Assembly: GCA_035531075.1 (NCBI GenBank)
Contig: DATKTO010000026.1
Span: 49,897-113,896 of the forward strand
DNA from: Gallionellaceae bacterium
GTDB lineage: Bacteria; Pseudomonadota; Gammaproteobacteria; Burkholderiales; Gallionellaceae
Reading direction: 5' to 3'
Length of the DNA: 64,000 bases
Positions 34,474 to 48,208 of this stretch are shown in pieces. The position numbers and the translations under genes were made by a program. The notes beneath the pieces were generated by a model. It had not been told where the DNA came from. It saw nothing but the letters and a program-made list of their open reading frames with translations, and made no database searches. The stretch's first letter is position 1, and every line of letters begins with the position of its first letter.

Positions 34474-35622
34474 ATGTCTCAATATACTTTTTCTCCCCCC
34501 GCTGACGGTAGCATGAGCCCTAAGGCTTGGTATCAGGCTATCAGCGCTCAGCCTGGATTTTTATTTGATGCCGCACAGACGGCCGCAATAGATGATCTGG
34601 ATGTGCTTTGGCATGAGCTGATTGATTTCAAAGCAAAGCGCAACCATTTTCTGGGACGCAGCCTGCTCAGCCCTGAAGTGCCCAAAGGCTTATATTTCTG
34701 GGGTGGCGTAGGACGAGGGAAAAGCTTCTTGATGGATGTGTTTTATGCATGTGTGCCATATAAGCGCAAACGCCGCATCCATTTTCACAATTTCATGGCT
34801 GAAGTTCATCATGATATGAAAGAGTTGGCCGCTACAAAAGATCCTTTGATTGCACTGGCCGATAAAATTGCACAGTCTACCCGCTTGTTGTGTTTTGACG
34901 AGTTTCACGTCAGCGACATTGCCGATGCAATGATTTTGGGGCGCTTGATGGCCGCACTGTTTGAGCGCGGCGTGGTGATGATCATCACCTCAAATTCTTC
35001 GCCTGATGAGCTTTATCCAAACGGTTTACAGCGGCAAAAATTCTTTCCTGCCATCGACCTGCTCAAGCGCAATATGAAGATTGTCAATATAGACAGTGGC
35101 AATGACTACCGTCTGCGTGAGCTGGCAAGTGCACCGTTGTTTATTCTGACAACGCCGGATGCCGAAAGCGATCTGAGCATGGAAGCCATTTTTAAACGGT
35201 TAAGTGCGGGATCGATACAAGACAAACAGCACATTGAGGTTCAAGGCCGAAGTATTCCAGCCAGAAAGCTTGCCGCTAAAGTAGCCTGGTTCGACTTCAA
35301 AGCGATATGCAGCGGACCGCGTGCACAAGCAGATTATCTGGAAATTGCCCACCGCTTTCCCACGGTCTTTGTGTCCGACATTCCACGCATGTCGGAAAGC
35401 GAAGCTGCAGAAGCGCAGCGATTCATTTGGCTGGTAGACATACTCTACGACAACCGCGTTAAACTGGTTGCATCAGCAGCAGCCTCGCCGCAAGAGTTAT
35501 GCACTAATCCTGAAAAGGCCAACGAGTTTTCACGTACGGTGAGCCGCTTGACCGAGATGCAATCCCAGAGCTATCTGGAGTTACAACATCGAACAGAAAT
35601 CGTCACATCAAATAACGCCTGA
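34474..35622 (+). CDS. zapE: Cell division protein ZapE (AFG1-family ATPase)
   Basis: 382 aa with Walker A YFWGGVGRGKSFLMD and Walker B LLCFDEFHV. Confidence 0.88.
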   Translation: MSQYTFSPPADGSMSPKAWYQAISAQPGFLFDAAQTAAIDDLDVLWHELIDFKAKRNHFLGRSLLSPEVPKGLYFWGGVGRGKSFLMDVFYACVPYKRKRRIHFHNFMAEVHHDMKELAATKDPLIALADKIAQSTRLLCFDEFHVSDIADAMILGRLMAALFERGVVMIITSNSSPDELYPNGLQRQKFFPAIDLLKRNMKIVNIDSGNDYRLRELASAPLFILTTPDAESDLSMEAIFKRLSAGSIQDKQHIEVQGRSIPARKLAAKVAWFDFKAICSGPRAQADYLEIAHRFPTVFVSDIPRMSESEAAEAQRFIWLVDILYDNRVKLVASAAASPQELCTNPEKANEFSRTVSRLTEMQSQSYLELQHRTEIVTSNNA

Positions 35623-35701
35623 AAAAAATAGCCATCTCTGTTTTCAATCTGAAAACACAGTATTGCTTTACAAAGGGCTCTACTTTACGTAAATTCCGCA
35701 C

Positions 35702-36166
35702 ATGCAGAAATTCCTGATCCTATTTTCACTTTTATTTTTAACTGCCTGCCAAAGCACGCACGCCAGCCTCTCTGAATCCAAATCGGATACTGGCATGGAT
35801 GACGTGACAGAATATGCGTTAAGCCTGACCGGTACACCATACAAATATGGTGGCACCTCTCCCGATAGCGGATTTGACTGTAGTGGGTTTGTTGGTTATG
35901 TGTTCATGCAAAAGCTTGGCAAATCATTGCCACGCAGCAGCCGTGAACTTAGCCGCGTAGGCACTGTTCAAAAATCAGGAATGCTGAGGCCGGGCGACCT
36001 GGTGTTCTATAACACCTTGAACAAGGCTTATTCACATGTAGGAATATATTTGGGCGACGAACAATTCATTCATTCCCCAAGCAGCGGGAAAGCCGTTGCA
36101 GTTGCGAATATGAATGAGGCTTACTGGCGCAAGCGCTATAACGGCGCGCGGCGGATCATGCCCTGA
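35702..36166 (+). CDS. NlpC/P60 (C40) peptidoglycan endopeptidase lipoprotein
   Basis: 154 aa with lipobox FLTAC, catalytic GFDCSGFVGYVF and SHVGIYLG. Confidence 0.88.
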   Translation: MQKFLILFSLLFLTACQSTHASLSESKSDTGMDDVTEYALSLTGTPYKYGGTSPDSGFDCSGFVGYVFMQKLGKSLPRSSRELSRVGTVQKSGMLRPGDLVFYNTLNKAYSHVGIYLGDEQFIHSPSSGKAVAVANMNEAYWRKRYNGARRIMP

Positions 36167-37152
36167 TCACGGCCTGACTTTCTCAATTCCATTGCAAGCT
36201 GAAACACCGACATTGCGTAATAACTGCTGTTATTATATGTAGTTATTACAGCAAAGTTATTGAATCCAAACCAATATTCCTTATCAACGGGCAGGGTAAA
36301 ATCGAGCAGATAGGCATAAAAGCCGTCACCGATATTCATCTGCCCGAGATTATTCTGCGCGGAGGAATTGTTCTGCTGGGTTACGCCCAACTCTCTCCAC
36401 GCTGCAAGACTACGGGCTGCACCAACATCATTCGGACGATCAACATTTTCTACTGTAGCACGCACTGCCACAGGCTCACCCGGCTTCCAGCCATGTTGCC
36501 GGAGATAATTGGCTACACTGCCTATCGCATCATCAGCGCCCGTCAATAAATCTATTTTTCCGTCACCATCAAAATCCACTGCATTCTGGCGATAACTGCT
36601 GGGCATAAATTGCGGAATACCCAAAGCACCTGCATAGGAAGCACGTATGCTCAGCAGGTCGAAGTTCTGCTCGCGTGCCAGCAATAGATACTGTTCCAAT
36701 TCATTCCGAAAAAAATCAACCCTGCGCGGGTAATCAAAGGTAAGCGTCGTTAACGCATCCAGGGTGCGGTAGTTGCCTGCCTGGCGGCCATACAGTGTCT
36801 CCACCCCTATGATTGCGATAATTATTTCCTGAGGCACACCGTATAGTTTTTCTGCGCGCTCCAAAGCATCTGCATGTTTCTGCCAAAACTTGATTCCGCC
36901 ATCTATCCGCTTGGGGTTGATGAATGCAGCCCTGTACTCCAGCCATGGCTTGGTTGTGGATGGGGTATTCATTGCATCGATCACATCCTGACGATGCTGC
37001 GCTTGGTGAAAGACTTGCACCAATTCCTCACGCTTGAATTGATGCTTGGCCACCATCTCATTGATAAACTCAGGAATGCCGGGCATATCGGCAGCCGATG
37101 CGCCAGATAAAGCCAGCAATAAATAGACGGGGATAAGTATTCGTGTCATCAC
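36136..37152 (-). CDS. mltB: Lytic murein transglycosylase B family
   Basis: 338 aa with a signal peptide. YGVPQEIIIAIIGVETLYG and GALGIPQFMPSSY are typical MltB/Slt35 motifs. Confidence 0.88.
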   Translation of the reverse strand: MMTRILIPVYLLLALSGASAADMPGIPEFINEMVAKHQFKREELVQVFHQAQHRQDVIDAMNTPSTTKPWLEYRAAFINPKRIDGGIKFWQKHADALERAEKLYGVPQEIIIAIIGVETLYGRQAGNYRTLDALTTLTFDYPRRVDFFRNELEQYLLLAREQNFDLLSIRASYAGALGIPQFMPSSYRQNAVDFDGDGKIDLLTGADDAIGSVANYLRQHGWKPGEPVAVRATVENVDRPNDVGAARSLAAWRELGVTQQNNSSAQNNLGQMNIGDGFYAYLLDFTLPVDKEYWFGFNNFAVITTYNNSSYYAMSVFQLAMELRKSGRDQGMIRRAPL

Positions 37153-37229
37153 AATCTTAGTATTTTACTCGACAGACAGGCTCGTCACTGTTAAATTTCG
37201 ATATTATTCATTTATATTTGCACCGATAG

Positions 37230-38204
<975 letters not shown>

Positions 38205-38240
38205 GCGGCGCAGGATAAGTCTTAATAAATATTTTCGCGC

Positions 38241-38777
38241 ATGAAGAAAAACCTGGAACAGCCCGCACCTTCTGATGGTGAGTTGTTCCAGCAGGCGGTC
38301 GAAGGTGTGACGCCCATCGCACCTTCAAACCGCGTTCTTCCCTCCCCTCCCGTACGATGCAAGCCACCCCGTAGTACAGTTTTTCCGTCCCCTGCTATTT
38401 CTGACAGTTTATCCGATCACCACACCAGCGATGAGGCACCCAGCTCATTTTTGCGCTCGGGACTCAATAATATGACACTGCGCAAGCTGCGGCGCGGTCA
38501 GTGGCCTGTCCAGGACACAATCGATTTGCATGGTCATACCAGTGAAGAGGCTCGCCGTTTTCTGGTTGAATTTCTGCATCATGCCCTGCACCACGGCTTG
38601 CGTTGCGTATGTGTAATACACGGCAAAGGCTGGCGCGCAGAAGGTGGTGAAGGGATATTGAAAATTCGCGTGCGAAATTGGCTGACGCAACACCCGCAAG
38701 TGCTGGCGTTTTGTGAAGCGCCGGCGAATGCCGGTGGGGGTGGCGCAGTATGGGTGCTTTTGAAGTCAACCGGCTAA
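38241..38777 (+). CDS. Smr/MutS2-type endonuclease domain protein
   Basis: 178 aa with a C-terminal Smr domain (DLHGHTSEEARRFLVEFL..VCVIHGKG). Confidence 0.8.
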   Translation: MKKNLEQPAPSDGELFQQAVEGVTPIAPSNRVLPSPPVRCKPPRSTVFPSPAISDSLSDHHTSDEAPSSFLRSGLNNMTLRKLRRGQWPVQDTIDLHGHTSEEARRFLVEFLHHALHHGLRCVCVIHGKGWRAEGGEGILKIRVRNWLTQHPQVLAFCEAPANAGGGGAVWVLLKSTG

Positions 38778-38801
38778 GAAACCAGTGATTTAAACGCGGA
38801 T

Positions 38802-40789
<1,988 letters not shown>

Positions 40790-40863
40790 ACGTTGTGATG
40801 TGCGGCCAGTTGGATGAAATTAATAGCGAAACTATAAATTATTCAATGAAATTAAATTATTAC

Positions 40864-42153
40864 CTACTCAAGCTCGGCAGAAACCACCGGCAGAACAGGC
40901 AGATGATCAAGATCTACCCGCTCTATGCTGGCAAAGCGCTGGCTGATTTTGCGGCTGGAAATTTCCACATTGGCCGCTTCTTCGTGTGCCTTGCGGATAT
41001 TGTCGGCAAGTTTCTTCATGCGCTCGTCAAAGCGGCCGAAATCCTTGCCCAGCTTACCCAGCTCATCCTTGATGATATGTACCTGCTTGCGGGTTTCCAC
41101 ATCTTTCAGCACGGCACGCGCAGTATTCAACACCGCCATCAAGGTGGTCGGGGAGACGATCCACACGCGCTTTTGCATCGCGTAATCAACCACCTCGGGA
41201 TGATGCGCGTGGATCTCGGCAAACACCGCCTCGGCCGGAATAAACATCACCGCGCCGTCCGACGTCACATCGGGGATGATGTATTTGCCGGCAATGTCGT
41301 CAACATGCTTCTTTATGTCTGCCTTGAACTGGCGCTCTGCCACCGTGCGTTCCGTCGGACTGGCGGCAGAGAACATCAGGTGATAGTTTTCCAATGGAAA
41401 CTTTGAATCCACCGCCACCATGCCGGTGGGCTCGGGCAGCTTCAGCACGCAGTCGGCACGAGTGCCGTTGGGCAGCGTGTATTGCATCGCATAGGCCTGC
41501 GCAGGCATGATATTGCGCACCAGCCCCTCCAGCTGCACCTCGCCAAAGGCACCGCGCGAACGCTTGTCACCCAGCAGCTCCTGCAGGCTCACCACATTGG
41601 TGGTCAGTCCGTCTATCTTCTTCTGCGCCTCGTCTATGGTGGCCAGCCGCGCCATCACGTTGACGAAAGTCTCATTGGTTTTCTTGAAGCCTTCGTCCAG
41701 CCGCTCGCTGACCTTGCCGCTGATTTGTTCCAGACGCCCGTCCACCGACTTGGCCAGCGCTTCCACGCTGCCGGACAAATGCTGCGTGGCATTGCGGAAG
41801 GAATTCTGTATCAGCTCCTGGTCGGCCCTGCCCTGCTCGGCCAGCTTGGCCAGCGTCTGCGTCAGGATCTCGTTGCGCAGCGCATCCTGCTTGGCCTGCA
41901 GCGCGTGCACCGCATCGCGCGTGGCGCGCAGTTCCTCGGCCACCGCCTTGCGCAGGCGCTCGGACTGGTCGTTCTGGCTCGCGATCAGGCGGTCACCCTG
42001 CTTGTTCAGGCCATCATGCAGGTCGGACAGCATTGCACGATGCTGCTGCTCCAGCACCTTGGCTGAGTGCGCGGGCAATTGGCGCTGCATCACCAGCAGT
42101 GCAACGGCGAGCAAGAGGGTCAGTACGGTGACAACAAGCAGGATTTCAAGCAT
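40864..42153 (-). CDS. rmuC: DNA recombination protein RmuC
   Basis: 429 aa with an N-terminal TM helix, a long coiled coil and a C-terminal RmuC nuclease-like domain (ADCVLKLPE..VAVDSKFPLE..FIPAEAVF). Confidence 0.88.
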   Translation of the reverse strand: MLEILLVVTVLTLLLAVALLVMQRQLPAHSAKVLEQQHRAMLSDLHDGLNKQGDRLIASQNDQSERLRKAVAEELRATRDAVHALQAKQDALRNEILTQTLAKLAEQGRADQELIQNSFRNATQHLSGSVEALAKSVDGRLEQISGKVSERLDEGFKKTNETFVNVMARLATIDEAQKKIDGLTTNVVSLQELLGDKRSRGAFGEVQLEGLVRNIMPAQAYAMQYTLPNGTRADCVLKLPEPTGMVAVDSKFPLENYHLMFSAASPTERTVAERQFKADIKKHVDDIAGKYIIPDVTSDGAVMFIPAEAVFAEIHAHHPEVVDYAMQKRVWIVSPTTLMAVLNTARAVLKDVETRKQVHIIKDELGKLGKDFGRFDERMKKLADNIRKAHEEAANVEISSRKISQRFASIERVDLDHLPVLPVVSAELE

Positions 42154-42243
42154 AACAAATATTCAAAAAAACAATGTGTGAAGTATAAACCAAGTGACGC
42201 CCAGTCTACTGAAGCCGATAAAGTCCAGTTGCTGGCTTGATCA

Positions 42244-43194
42244 TCACGACCGAGGCAATTCTTTCCATTCCGGCAGGCAAAGCTGCCATGTGGGCATCAG
42301 GCGCGGAAACATTTCCATTCCGGCAAGTGCGCTTTGCAAGCTATTCCAGCGTAGCAGATCAAATGAATCCCGGTACAAGTACGCCACCCAGTCCGCCAGC
42401 AGCACGGCTGCATAGGTTTCTGCATCCCTAGTATCGCAGGTTGAAAGTCCTGCGCTGTGCCGGTATCCGCTCACAACGGTTGCCGCGTCATAGCCCCAGC
42501 GTTGCAGTGCAACCGCTGCTGTGCCCGCCAGAAATGTCACCTCTTCGGACAAACTCGATTCTGCTGCCGACGCAACAGGATTGAGCGCTGCTGGAAATTC
42601 CGAGAAATGAAGGTTGGCAAACAAGGCTTCTACGTGCGCCGCCAGTTCGGGTGTATTCGCCATGTGCCAGAAATTGAAGACTACGGTTTGGCGCGGCTGG
42701 GTAACTTCGGTAACGCCATGATAGGAATTCGCGTGCAGCAGGAAGCCAAAGGCTTTGTTGTATTCAGGATTAACACCGAATACGGCTTCGCCCTCTGGCG
42801 ATGAAAATAATTCCAGAACACCGCCATGTTCAGCTTGCCATTGCTTATTGAGTTGCACAACCAGGCGCGCAATTTCATAGCCCAATAGCGGCCGGTCGCT
42901 GTGTATACCAATGACTTGTCCGGGCTGCATACGTTGAGCCGTGACCAGCACACGATTGACGAGCGGCAATCCAGTAATCTCGCGCATCCTGGCGAGTATT
43001 TCAGTCTGAAAAGTTGCAGGAATAATTTCGGTAACGTCGACGAGAGAACAGCGGTAAAACGCAGCGTCACGATGCTGCCATTCAATGTCTTGCGAAAACA
43101 GCTGCTCAAGCGCAACGCACTGTTCTGGAGAGAATGCGGCATTCACCAGGAAAAAGGGGAATGGGTGATGGTGGTGGCTGGGCTGTAAAAGCAA
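42244..43194 (-). CDS. 2OG-Fe(II) oxygenase-like N-terminal domain fused to an unassigned C-terminal domain
   Basis: 316 aa. GQVIGIHSDRP...HANSYHGVTEV fits an HxD...H facial triad. The last ~130 aa are unrecognised. Confidence 0.45.
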   Translation of the reverse strand: MLLQPSHHHHPFPFFLVNAAFSPEQCVALEQLFSQDIEWQHRDAAFYRCSLVDVTEIIPATFQTEILARMREITGLPLVNRVLVTAQRMQPGQVIGIHSDRPLLGYEIARLVVQLNKQWQAEHGGVLELFSSPEGEAVFGVNPEYNKAFGFLLHANSYHGVTEVTQPRQTVVFNFWHMANTPELAAHVEALFANLHFSEFPAALNPVASAAESSLSEEVTFLAGTAAVALQRWGYDAATVVSGYRHSAGLSTCDTRDAETYAAVLLADWVAYLYRDSFDLLRWNSLQSALAGMEMFPRLMPTWQLCLPEWKELPRS

Positions 43195-43325
43195 CGACTG
43201 GACTCCTCTGTCAATTGTAATGGTCTAATAAAGGGGGAACGCTCTTTGACTTCGGCTTCCTCCAGCTTCGCAGCCACCCACGACACCCTTGCCGTGCAGC
43301 TTACTCCGGGCACGCTATAAAAAAA

Positions 43326-43341
43326 GGGCGCTTGCGCGCCC
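43326..43341. terminator. Bidirectional intrinsic terminator (GGGCGC-ttgc-GCGCCC flanked by an A-run and a T-run)
   Basis: Read directly as ataaaaaaaGGGCGCttgcGCGCCCcttctttt. On the minus strand it follows typA by ~105 nt and has a 9-T tract. Confidence 0.6.
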
Positions 43342-43447
43342 CTTCTTTTGCCTGCCTGACTACTCTATCTTGCGTTCATTTTGGTTACGGCCACCGCTAT
43401 CGCGGTTTAACCCTGCGGGTTAGCCTACACCGAAACTCGCATTTCTA

Positions 43448-45259
43448 TTAAGCGCGACCAGACCTCTTGCGCTCGTTTTCAGTCAAGTAACGCTTACGTA
43501 CACGAATCGACAGTGGTGTAATTTCGACCAGTTCATCATCATCGATAAACTCAACGGCACTTTCGAGGGTCAGTTTGATCGGTGGAGTCAAACGCACAGC
43601 TTCGTCAGTACCCGATGAACGGATGTTGGTCAGTTGCTTACCCTTGATAGGGTTAACCACCAGGTCATTGTCACGGCTATGGATACCAATAATCATGCCT
43701 TCGTATACTTTATCGCCAGGGGCAACGATCATACGGCCGCGGTCTTCCAGCTTCCACAGTGCGTAAGCTACGGCTTCACCTGAATCCTGAGAAATCAGCA
43801 CGCCGTTATGACGGCTTGGCATGTCTGGTTTAACCGGACCGTATTCATCAAACACGTGCGACATCAAACCTGTACCGCGTGTCATGGTCATAAATTCACC
43901 CTGGAAGCCGATCAGCGCGCGTGCAGGAATGCGATACTCCAAACGTACCCGGCCTTTACCATCCGGTTGCATATCCTGCAAATCGCCGCGACGACGCCCC
44001 AACTCTTCCATAACTGAACCCTGGTGCCCTTCTTCAACGTCCACGGTCAGCATTTCGTATGGTTCCTGCTTCTCGCCATTCACCGTACGATAAACAACTC
44101 GTGGCTTGGAAACCGCCATTTCAAATCCTTCACGGCGCATATTTTCCAGCAAGATGGTCAGGTGTAATTCACCACGGCCGGACACCAGTAATGAGTCCGC
44201 ATCAGCAGTGTCTTCTACACGCAGAGCAACGTTTACCAACAACTCCTTATTCAGGCGGTCACGAATCTGACGGCTTGTAATAAGCTTACCTTCCTGACCA
44301 ACCAGTGGCGACGTATTCACCTGGAAGTTCATTGAAAGTGTCGGTTCATCCACCTTGGGCATAGGTAGCGCTTCCGGCTTGCTCACATCGGCAATCGTGA
44401 CACCGATACCGATATCTTCAATACCGTTAACCAGAATAATGTCACCGACCGACGCTTCGTCCATCAACACGCGTTCAACACCACGGAAGCCAAGTACCTG
44501 ATTAACGCGCGCTTTTTTAGGTGGTTTGTCGCCGTTCAAAACCATGACTTCCTGACCCGGTTTAATTGTGCCGCGAGTCACGCGACCAACACCGATACGG
44601 CCAACAAAGCTGGAATAGTCAAGCGCTGAAATCTGGAATTGCAATGGTGCATTACTGTCGCCTTGCGGCTGTTTGACATGTTTCAATACCGTGTCAAACA
44701 GCGGGCGCATATCAGAACTTGGGGTATTGGGATCCAGGGTTGCGAAACCGTTTAAAGCTGATGCATATACAATGGGGAAATCCATCTGTTCATCAGTTGC
44801 ACCCAGCTTGTCGAACAAGTCGAAAGTCTGGTCAACTACCCATTCAGGGCGAGCACCAGGACGGTCAATTTTATTGATAACAACAATAGGCTTCAAACCA
44901 AGCGCCAAGGCTTTTTTGGTCACAAAGCGAGTTTGTGGCATCGGGCCTTCAACTGCATCTACCAGCAGCAATACGCCGTCAACCATGGACAGTACGCGCT
45001 CAACCTCGCCACCGAAGTCGGCGTGTCCAGGGGTGTCCACAATGTTTATCTGCACGCCTTCATAGGCTACCGAGCAATTCTTCGCCAGAATGGTAATGCC
45101 GCGCTCTTTTTCCAGATCGTTGCTATCCATGAAGCGTTCTGCCACCTGCTGGTGAGCAGCAAAAGTTTGAGTCTGGGCAAGCAGCTTGTCCACCATGGTT
45201 GTTTTTCCATGGTCAACGTGAGCGATGATGGCGATATTACGGAGTTGGCGCGACGACAT
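43448..45259 (-). CDS. typA: Translational GTPase TypA/BipA
   Basis: Start set at ATG 45257-45259 ([21 protein letters not shown]). DTPGHADF and NKIDR are the GTPase motifs. Confidence 0.95.
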   Translation of the reverse strand: MSSRQLRNIAIIAHVDHGKTTMVDKLLAQTQTFAAHQQVAERFMDSNDLEKERGITILAKNCSVAYEGVQINIVDTPGHADFGGEVERVLSMVDGVLLLVDAVEGPMPQTRFVTKKALALGLKPIVVINKIDRPGARPEWVVDQTFDLFDKLGATDEQMDFPIVYASALNGFATLDPNTPSSDMRPLFDTVLKHVKQPQGDSNAPLQFQISALDYSSFVGRIGVGRVTRGTIKPGQEVMVLNGDKPPKKARVNQVLGFRGVERVLMDEASVGDIILVNGIEDIGIGVTIADVSKPEALPMPKVDEPTLSMNFQVNTSPLVGQEGKLITSRQIRDRLNKELLVNVALRVEDTADADSLLVSGRGELHLTILLENMRREGFEMAVSKPRVVYRTVNGEKQEPYEMLTVDVEEGHQGSVMEELGRRRGDLQDMQPDGKGRVRLEYRIPARALIGFQGEFMTMTRGTGLMSHVFDEYGPVKPDMPSRHNGVLISQDSGEAVAYALWKLEDRGRMIVAPGDKVYEGMIIGIHSRDNDLVVNPIKGKQLTNIRSSGTDEAVRLTPPIKLTLESAVEFIDDDELVEITPLSIRVRKRYLTENERKRSGRA

Positions 45260-45514
45260 GTGATGATACCTAGTACAAATCAAAGGGCGCGCATTCTACC
45301 ACAGCTTCCTTGTTCTAGAACGATTGTTTCACAACACCAGCATTTTCGGGTTTTCAAATATCAATGTTCTGGTAGCATGGCGCCCGTTTTTTGTACCGCA
45401 AAATCGCAATCTGATGAATATGTTGAAATATTGACCCAATGCCCAGCAGTAACAAAGGTAGGAGCCGGCTTTGCCACTTAAGAAATAAAAATAATATGGT
45501 TCAAGGAGATAAGA

Positions 45515-46144
45515 TTGAGAATTGATTTCAGACTACAGCAACTTGCCGCGGGTCTTTGTTTATCCATATTGGGCTTTTCCGTATCGGTGGGAACAGGGTA
45601 CGCGGCAGAAAAGACAATTGATTACACGTTGCCTGCGAGCAGATTTTATACGCCGGACACCCGGTCTTTTATGCTGGCGGCAAATGATACCGAAACTGCA
45701 AAACCCAACGCCATCACGACACCTGTAACGCCGGCAGCAGAATTCGAACCTCCGCTGCTTTCGGGCAGCAAGGCCCACCAATACTTGGGGATTGGCACAG
45801 TTGCGTTGGCGACCCTGACTGCATTGACTCCGCCCGAGGAGTGCGAGGGGAATAGCTGTCCGCCACGGGATGTGAACGGCAGGCATGCCACTTTGGCGAA
45901 AGCCACGGTAGCGATGGCGGCAGCCACTATCGTTACCGGTTTGTATGCGCACTGGCATGATATTAGTCTGGAGGAAGGATTGTCGGATCCGGACAATTTG
46001 CATGTGCTGCTGGCTGGAACGGGTGCCTTGTTGCTGGCTTATGCCGCAAACCTGTCAGCGAATTCATCCGTCCCTGTGAACCATGCAGGCATAGCCGAAG
46101 CGGGTGTGCTCGGCATGGTTGTCGCGGTTAAATTGACCTGGTAA
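45515..46144 (+). CDS. Hypothetical secreted/membrane protein with four His-capped helices
   Basis: 209 aa with a TTG start behind a strong AAGGAG SD and a signal peptide. Helices begin at AHQYLGIG, RHATLAKA, LHVLLAGT and NHAGIAEA, and there is a CEGNSC loop. Confidence 0.55.
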   Translation: MRIDFRLQQLAAGLCLSILGFSVSVGTGYAAEKTIDYTLPASRFYTPDTRSFMLAANDTETAKPNAITTPVTPAAEFEPPLLSGSKAHQYLGIGTVALATLTALTPPEECEGNSCPPRDVNGRHATLAKATVAMAAATIVTGLYAHWHDISLEEGLSDPDNLHVLLAGTGALLLAYAANLSANSSVPVNHAGIAEAGVLGMVVAVKLTW

Positions 46145-46211
46145 GCAAGAACGCAAAAATGCGATATCAACTGCACCAGCTATCTGCGGAGCCGTTAAAT
46201 TTTGGAGAGAG

Positions 46212-46778
46212 ATGATGAAAAATAAATTATCAGTGGCAATATTGTTGGCAATTGCCCTGTCGTTAACCTGTGGACTGGCAGCCGCAGAAGCGGGATTGCT
46301 AGAGGCAATCTTTACGCCACTGCGCCAAAAAGAAATCGTCCCCGTCGATAACAAACAATACAAGGATGAATGCGGTTCCTGCCACTTTGCCTATCAACCG
46401 GGTTTGTTGCCTGCAAAATCCTGGGAAAAATTGCTGTCTCCCGAGGCATTGAGCAAACATTTCGGTGCCAACGCCGAGCTCGACAAGGACACGCTGACCG
46501 TTATTCATGACTATGCAATAGCGAACGCTGCAGACAAGTCTTACCACAAGCGCTCACGAAAGATCGCACAGTCCACCGCACAGGGCGAAGCCCCAATACG
46601 CATTACTGAGGTGCGTTACATCAAGCGCAAGCACCACGAGATCCCGGAAAGGATGATCAGTGGCAACAAGGATGTGAAATCCTTAAGCTATTGCGATGCC
46701 TGCCATACTCAAGCAGCCAAGGGCGTGTTCGATACGGATACGGTGAATATCCCGAACTTTCCGGATTGGGATGATTAA
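46212..46778 (+). CDS. Dihaem cytochrome c (DHC family)
   Basis: 188 aa with a signal peptide and two CxxCH motifs (CGSCH, CDACH). The surrounding sequence is DHC-like (FAYQPGLLPAKSWEKLL, RITEVRYIKRKHHE). Confidence 0.8.
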   Translation: MMKNKLSVAILLAIALSLTCGLAAAEAGLLEAIFTPLRQKEIVPVDNKQYKDECGSCHFAYQPGLLPAKSWEKLLSPEALSKHFGANAELDKDTLTVIHDYAIANAADKSYHKRSRKIAQSTAQGEAPIRITEVRYIKRKHHEIPERMISGNKDVKSLSYCDACHTQAAKGVFDTDTVNIPNFPDWDD

Positions 46779-46801
46779 CCAAGGCAATGGCCGCCCTCGC
46801 A

Positions 46802-48208
46802 TCAGGTAGATAATTTACCCAACTGCCGTTCCATACGCGCCAATACCAGATCGCGCGGAAAGACTGTGACCAGGGCATCGACCGAGGGAGTCTGGGTCTG
46901 CCCCACCAGCATCACGCGCAAGGGCATCGCCAGTTTCGGCATTTTCAGACCGTGCTTTGTGATCAGCTCCTTGATTAGGGCAGCAACGGCAGGTGCTTCC
47001 CATGCCACACTGGCCAAGCGCTGCGCCAGTTCGTGCAGGGCAGGCAGCGCATCTGCAGTCATATGTGCATCCAGCAGTGCCTGTTCCGGGTGGAGATCGA
47101 TGTAAAACACCTCTGCGGCATCGGCCAGTTCATTGAGCGTGGCAACACGCTCTTTGTAAAGTGCAACCACCGCCTCCAGTGCCGGAGCCGCGCCAACCTT
47201 AACCCCGCGCGACTCCAGACGCGGCAGTACAAGGCTGACCAACCGCGCATTGTCTGCCAATTTCAGGTAGTGGCTGTTCAGCCAGTTCAATTTTTCAGTA
47301 TTGAACTGCGCAGCAGATGGGGTGATGTGATCGAGGTCAAACCACTCGCAGAATTGTGCGACTGAAAATACTTCTTCATCGCCGTGTGACCAGCCGAGAC
47401 GGGCCAGATAATTGATTACCGCCTCTGGCAAATAACCATCCTCGTCATACTGCATCACGCTCACCGCGCCGTGGCGCTTTGACAGCTTCTGCCCATCATC
47501 GCCCAGTATCATCGACAGATGTGCATATTGCGGCACTGTCGCACCCAAGGCCTTGAGTATATTAATCTGGCGTGGCGTATTGTTGACGTGATCGTCGCCG
47601 CGTATCACATGGGTGATTTTCATATCCCAATCGTCCACCACCACACAGAAATTGTAGGTTGGCGTGCCGTCGGCGCGTGCGATCACCAAGTCATCCAGTT
47701 CGCTGTTGGCAAACTCGATATCGCCTTTGACCAGATCTTTCCAAGCGGTTATTCCCTCGGTCGGGTTTTTAAAGCGCACCACGGGCTTCACGCCCCCTGG
47801 TACTTCAGGCAGACGCTTACCCGGCTCTGGACGCCAGCGTCCGTCATAACGCGGCTTTTCGTTGCGATCGCGTTGCGCCTCGCGCAATGCATCAAGTTCT
47901 GCCGGTGTGGTATAGCAATAATAGGCAGTGCCCGCAGCCAGCATCTGCTGGATCACTTCGCGGTAACGCGGCATGCCCTGCATTTGGTAAAAAGGACCCT
48001 CGTCGTGCTGCAAATTCAGCCATGCCATGCCATCCAGAATTGCCTGCACCGCCTCGGGGGTGGAGCGTTCGACATCGGTATCCTCGATGCGCAAGATGAA
48101 TGCGCCGCCATGCTTGCGCGCATAAGCCCAGGAAAACAACGCGGTGCGGGCGCCGCCGATATGCAGGTAGCCGGTAGGACTGGGAGCAAAACGCGTGCGA
48201 ACTGTCAT
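46802..48208 (-). CDS. gltX: Glutamate--tRNA ligase
   Basis: Start set at ATG 48206-48208 ([22 protein letters not shown]). HIGG and KLSKR are the class I signatures. Confidence 0.95.
   Translation of the reverse strand: MTVRTRFAPSPTGYLHIGGARTALFSWAYARKHGGAFILRIEDTDVERSTPEAVQAILDGMAWLNLQHDEGPFYQMQGMPRYREVIQQMLAAGTAYYCYTTPAELDALREAQRDRNEKPRYDGRWRPEPGKRLPEVPGGVKPVVRFKNPTEGITAWKDLVKGDIEFANSELDDLVIARADGTPTYNFCVVVDDWDMKITHVIRGDDHVNNTPRQINILKALGATVPQYAHLSMILGDDGQKLSKRHGAVSVMQYDEDGYLPEAVINYLARLGWSHGDEEVFSVAQFCEWFDLDHITPSAAQFNTEKLNWLNSHYLKLADNARLVSLVLPRLESRGVKVGAAPALEAVVALYKERVATLNELADAAEVFYIDLHPEQALLDAHMTADALPALHELAQRLASVAWEAPAVAALIKELITKHGLKMPKLAMPLRVMLVGQTQTPSVDALVTVFPRDLVLARMERQLGKLST

Noticed and set aside
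41482-42181. 194- and 224-aa ORFs lie antisense to rmuC. Similar long shadow ORFs lie opposite copA (62190-62999), ppsA (58371-59066), gltX (47519-48214), nadE and typA.
   Set aside because: These are typical shadow ORFs on the opposite strand of GC3-rich genes, with Arg/Ala/Ser/Leu-rich nonsense translations. The sense-strand genes are unambiguous.
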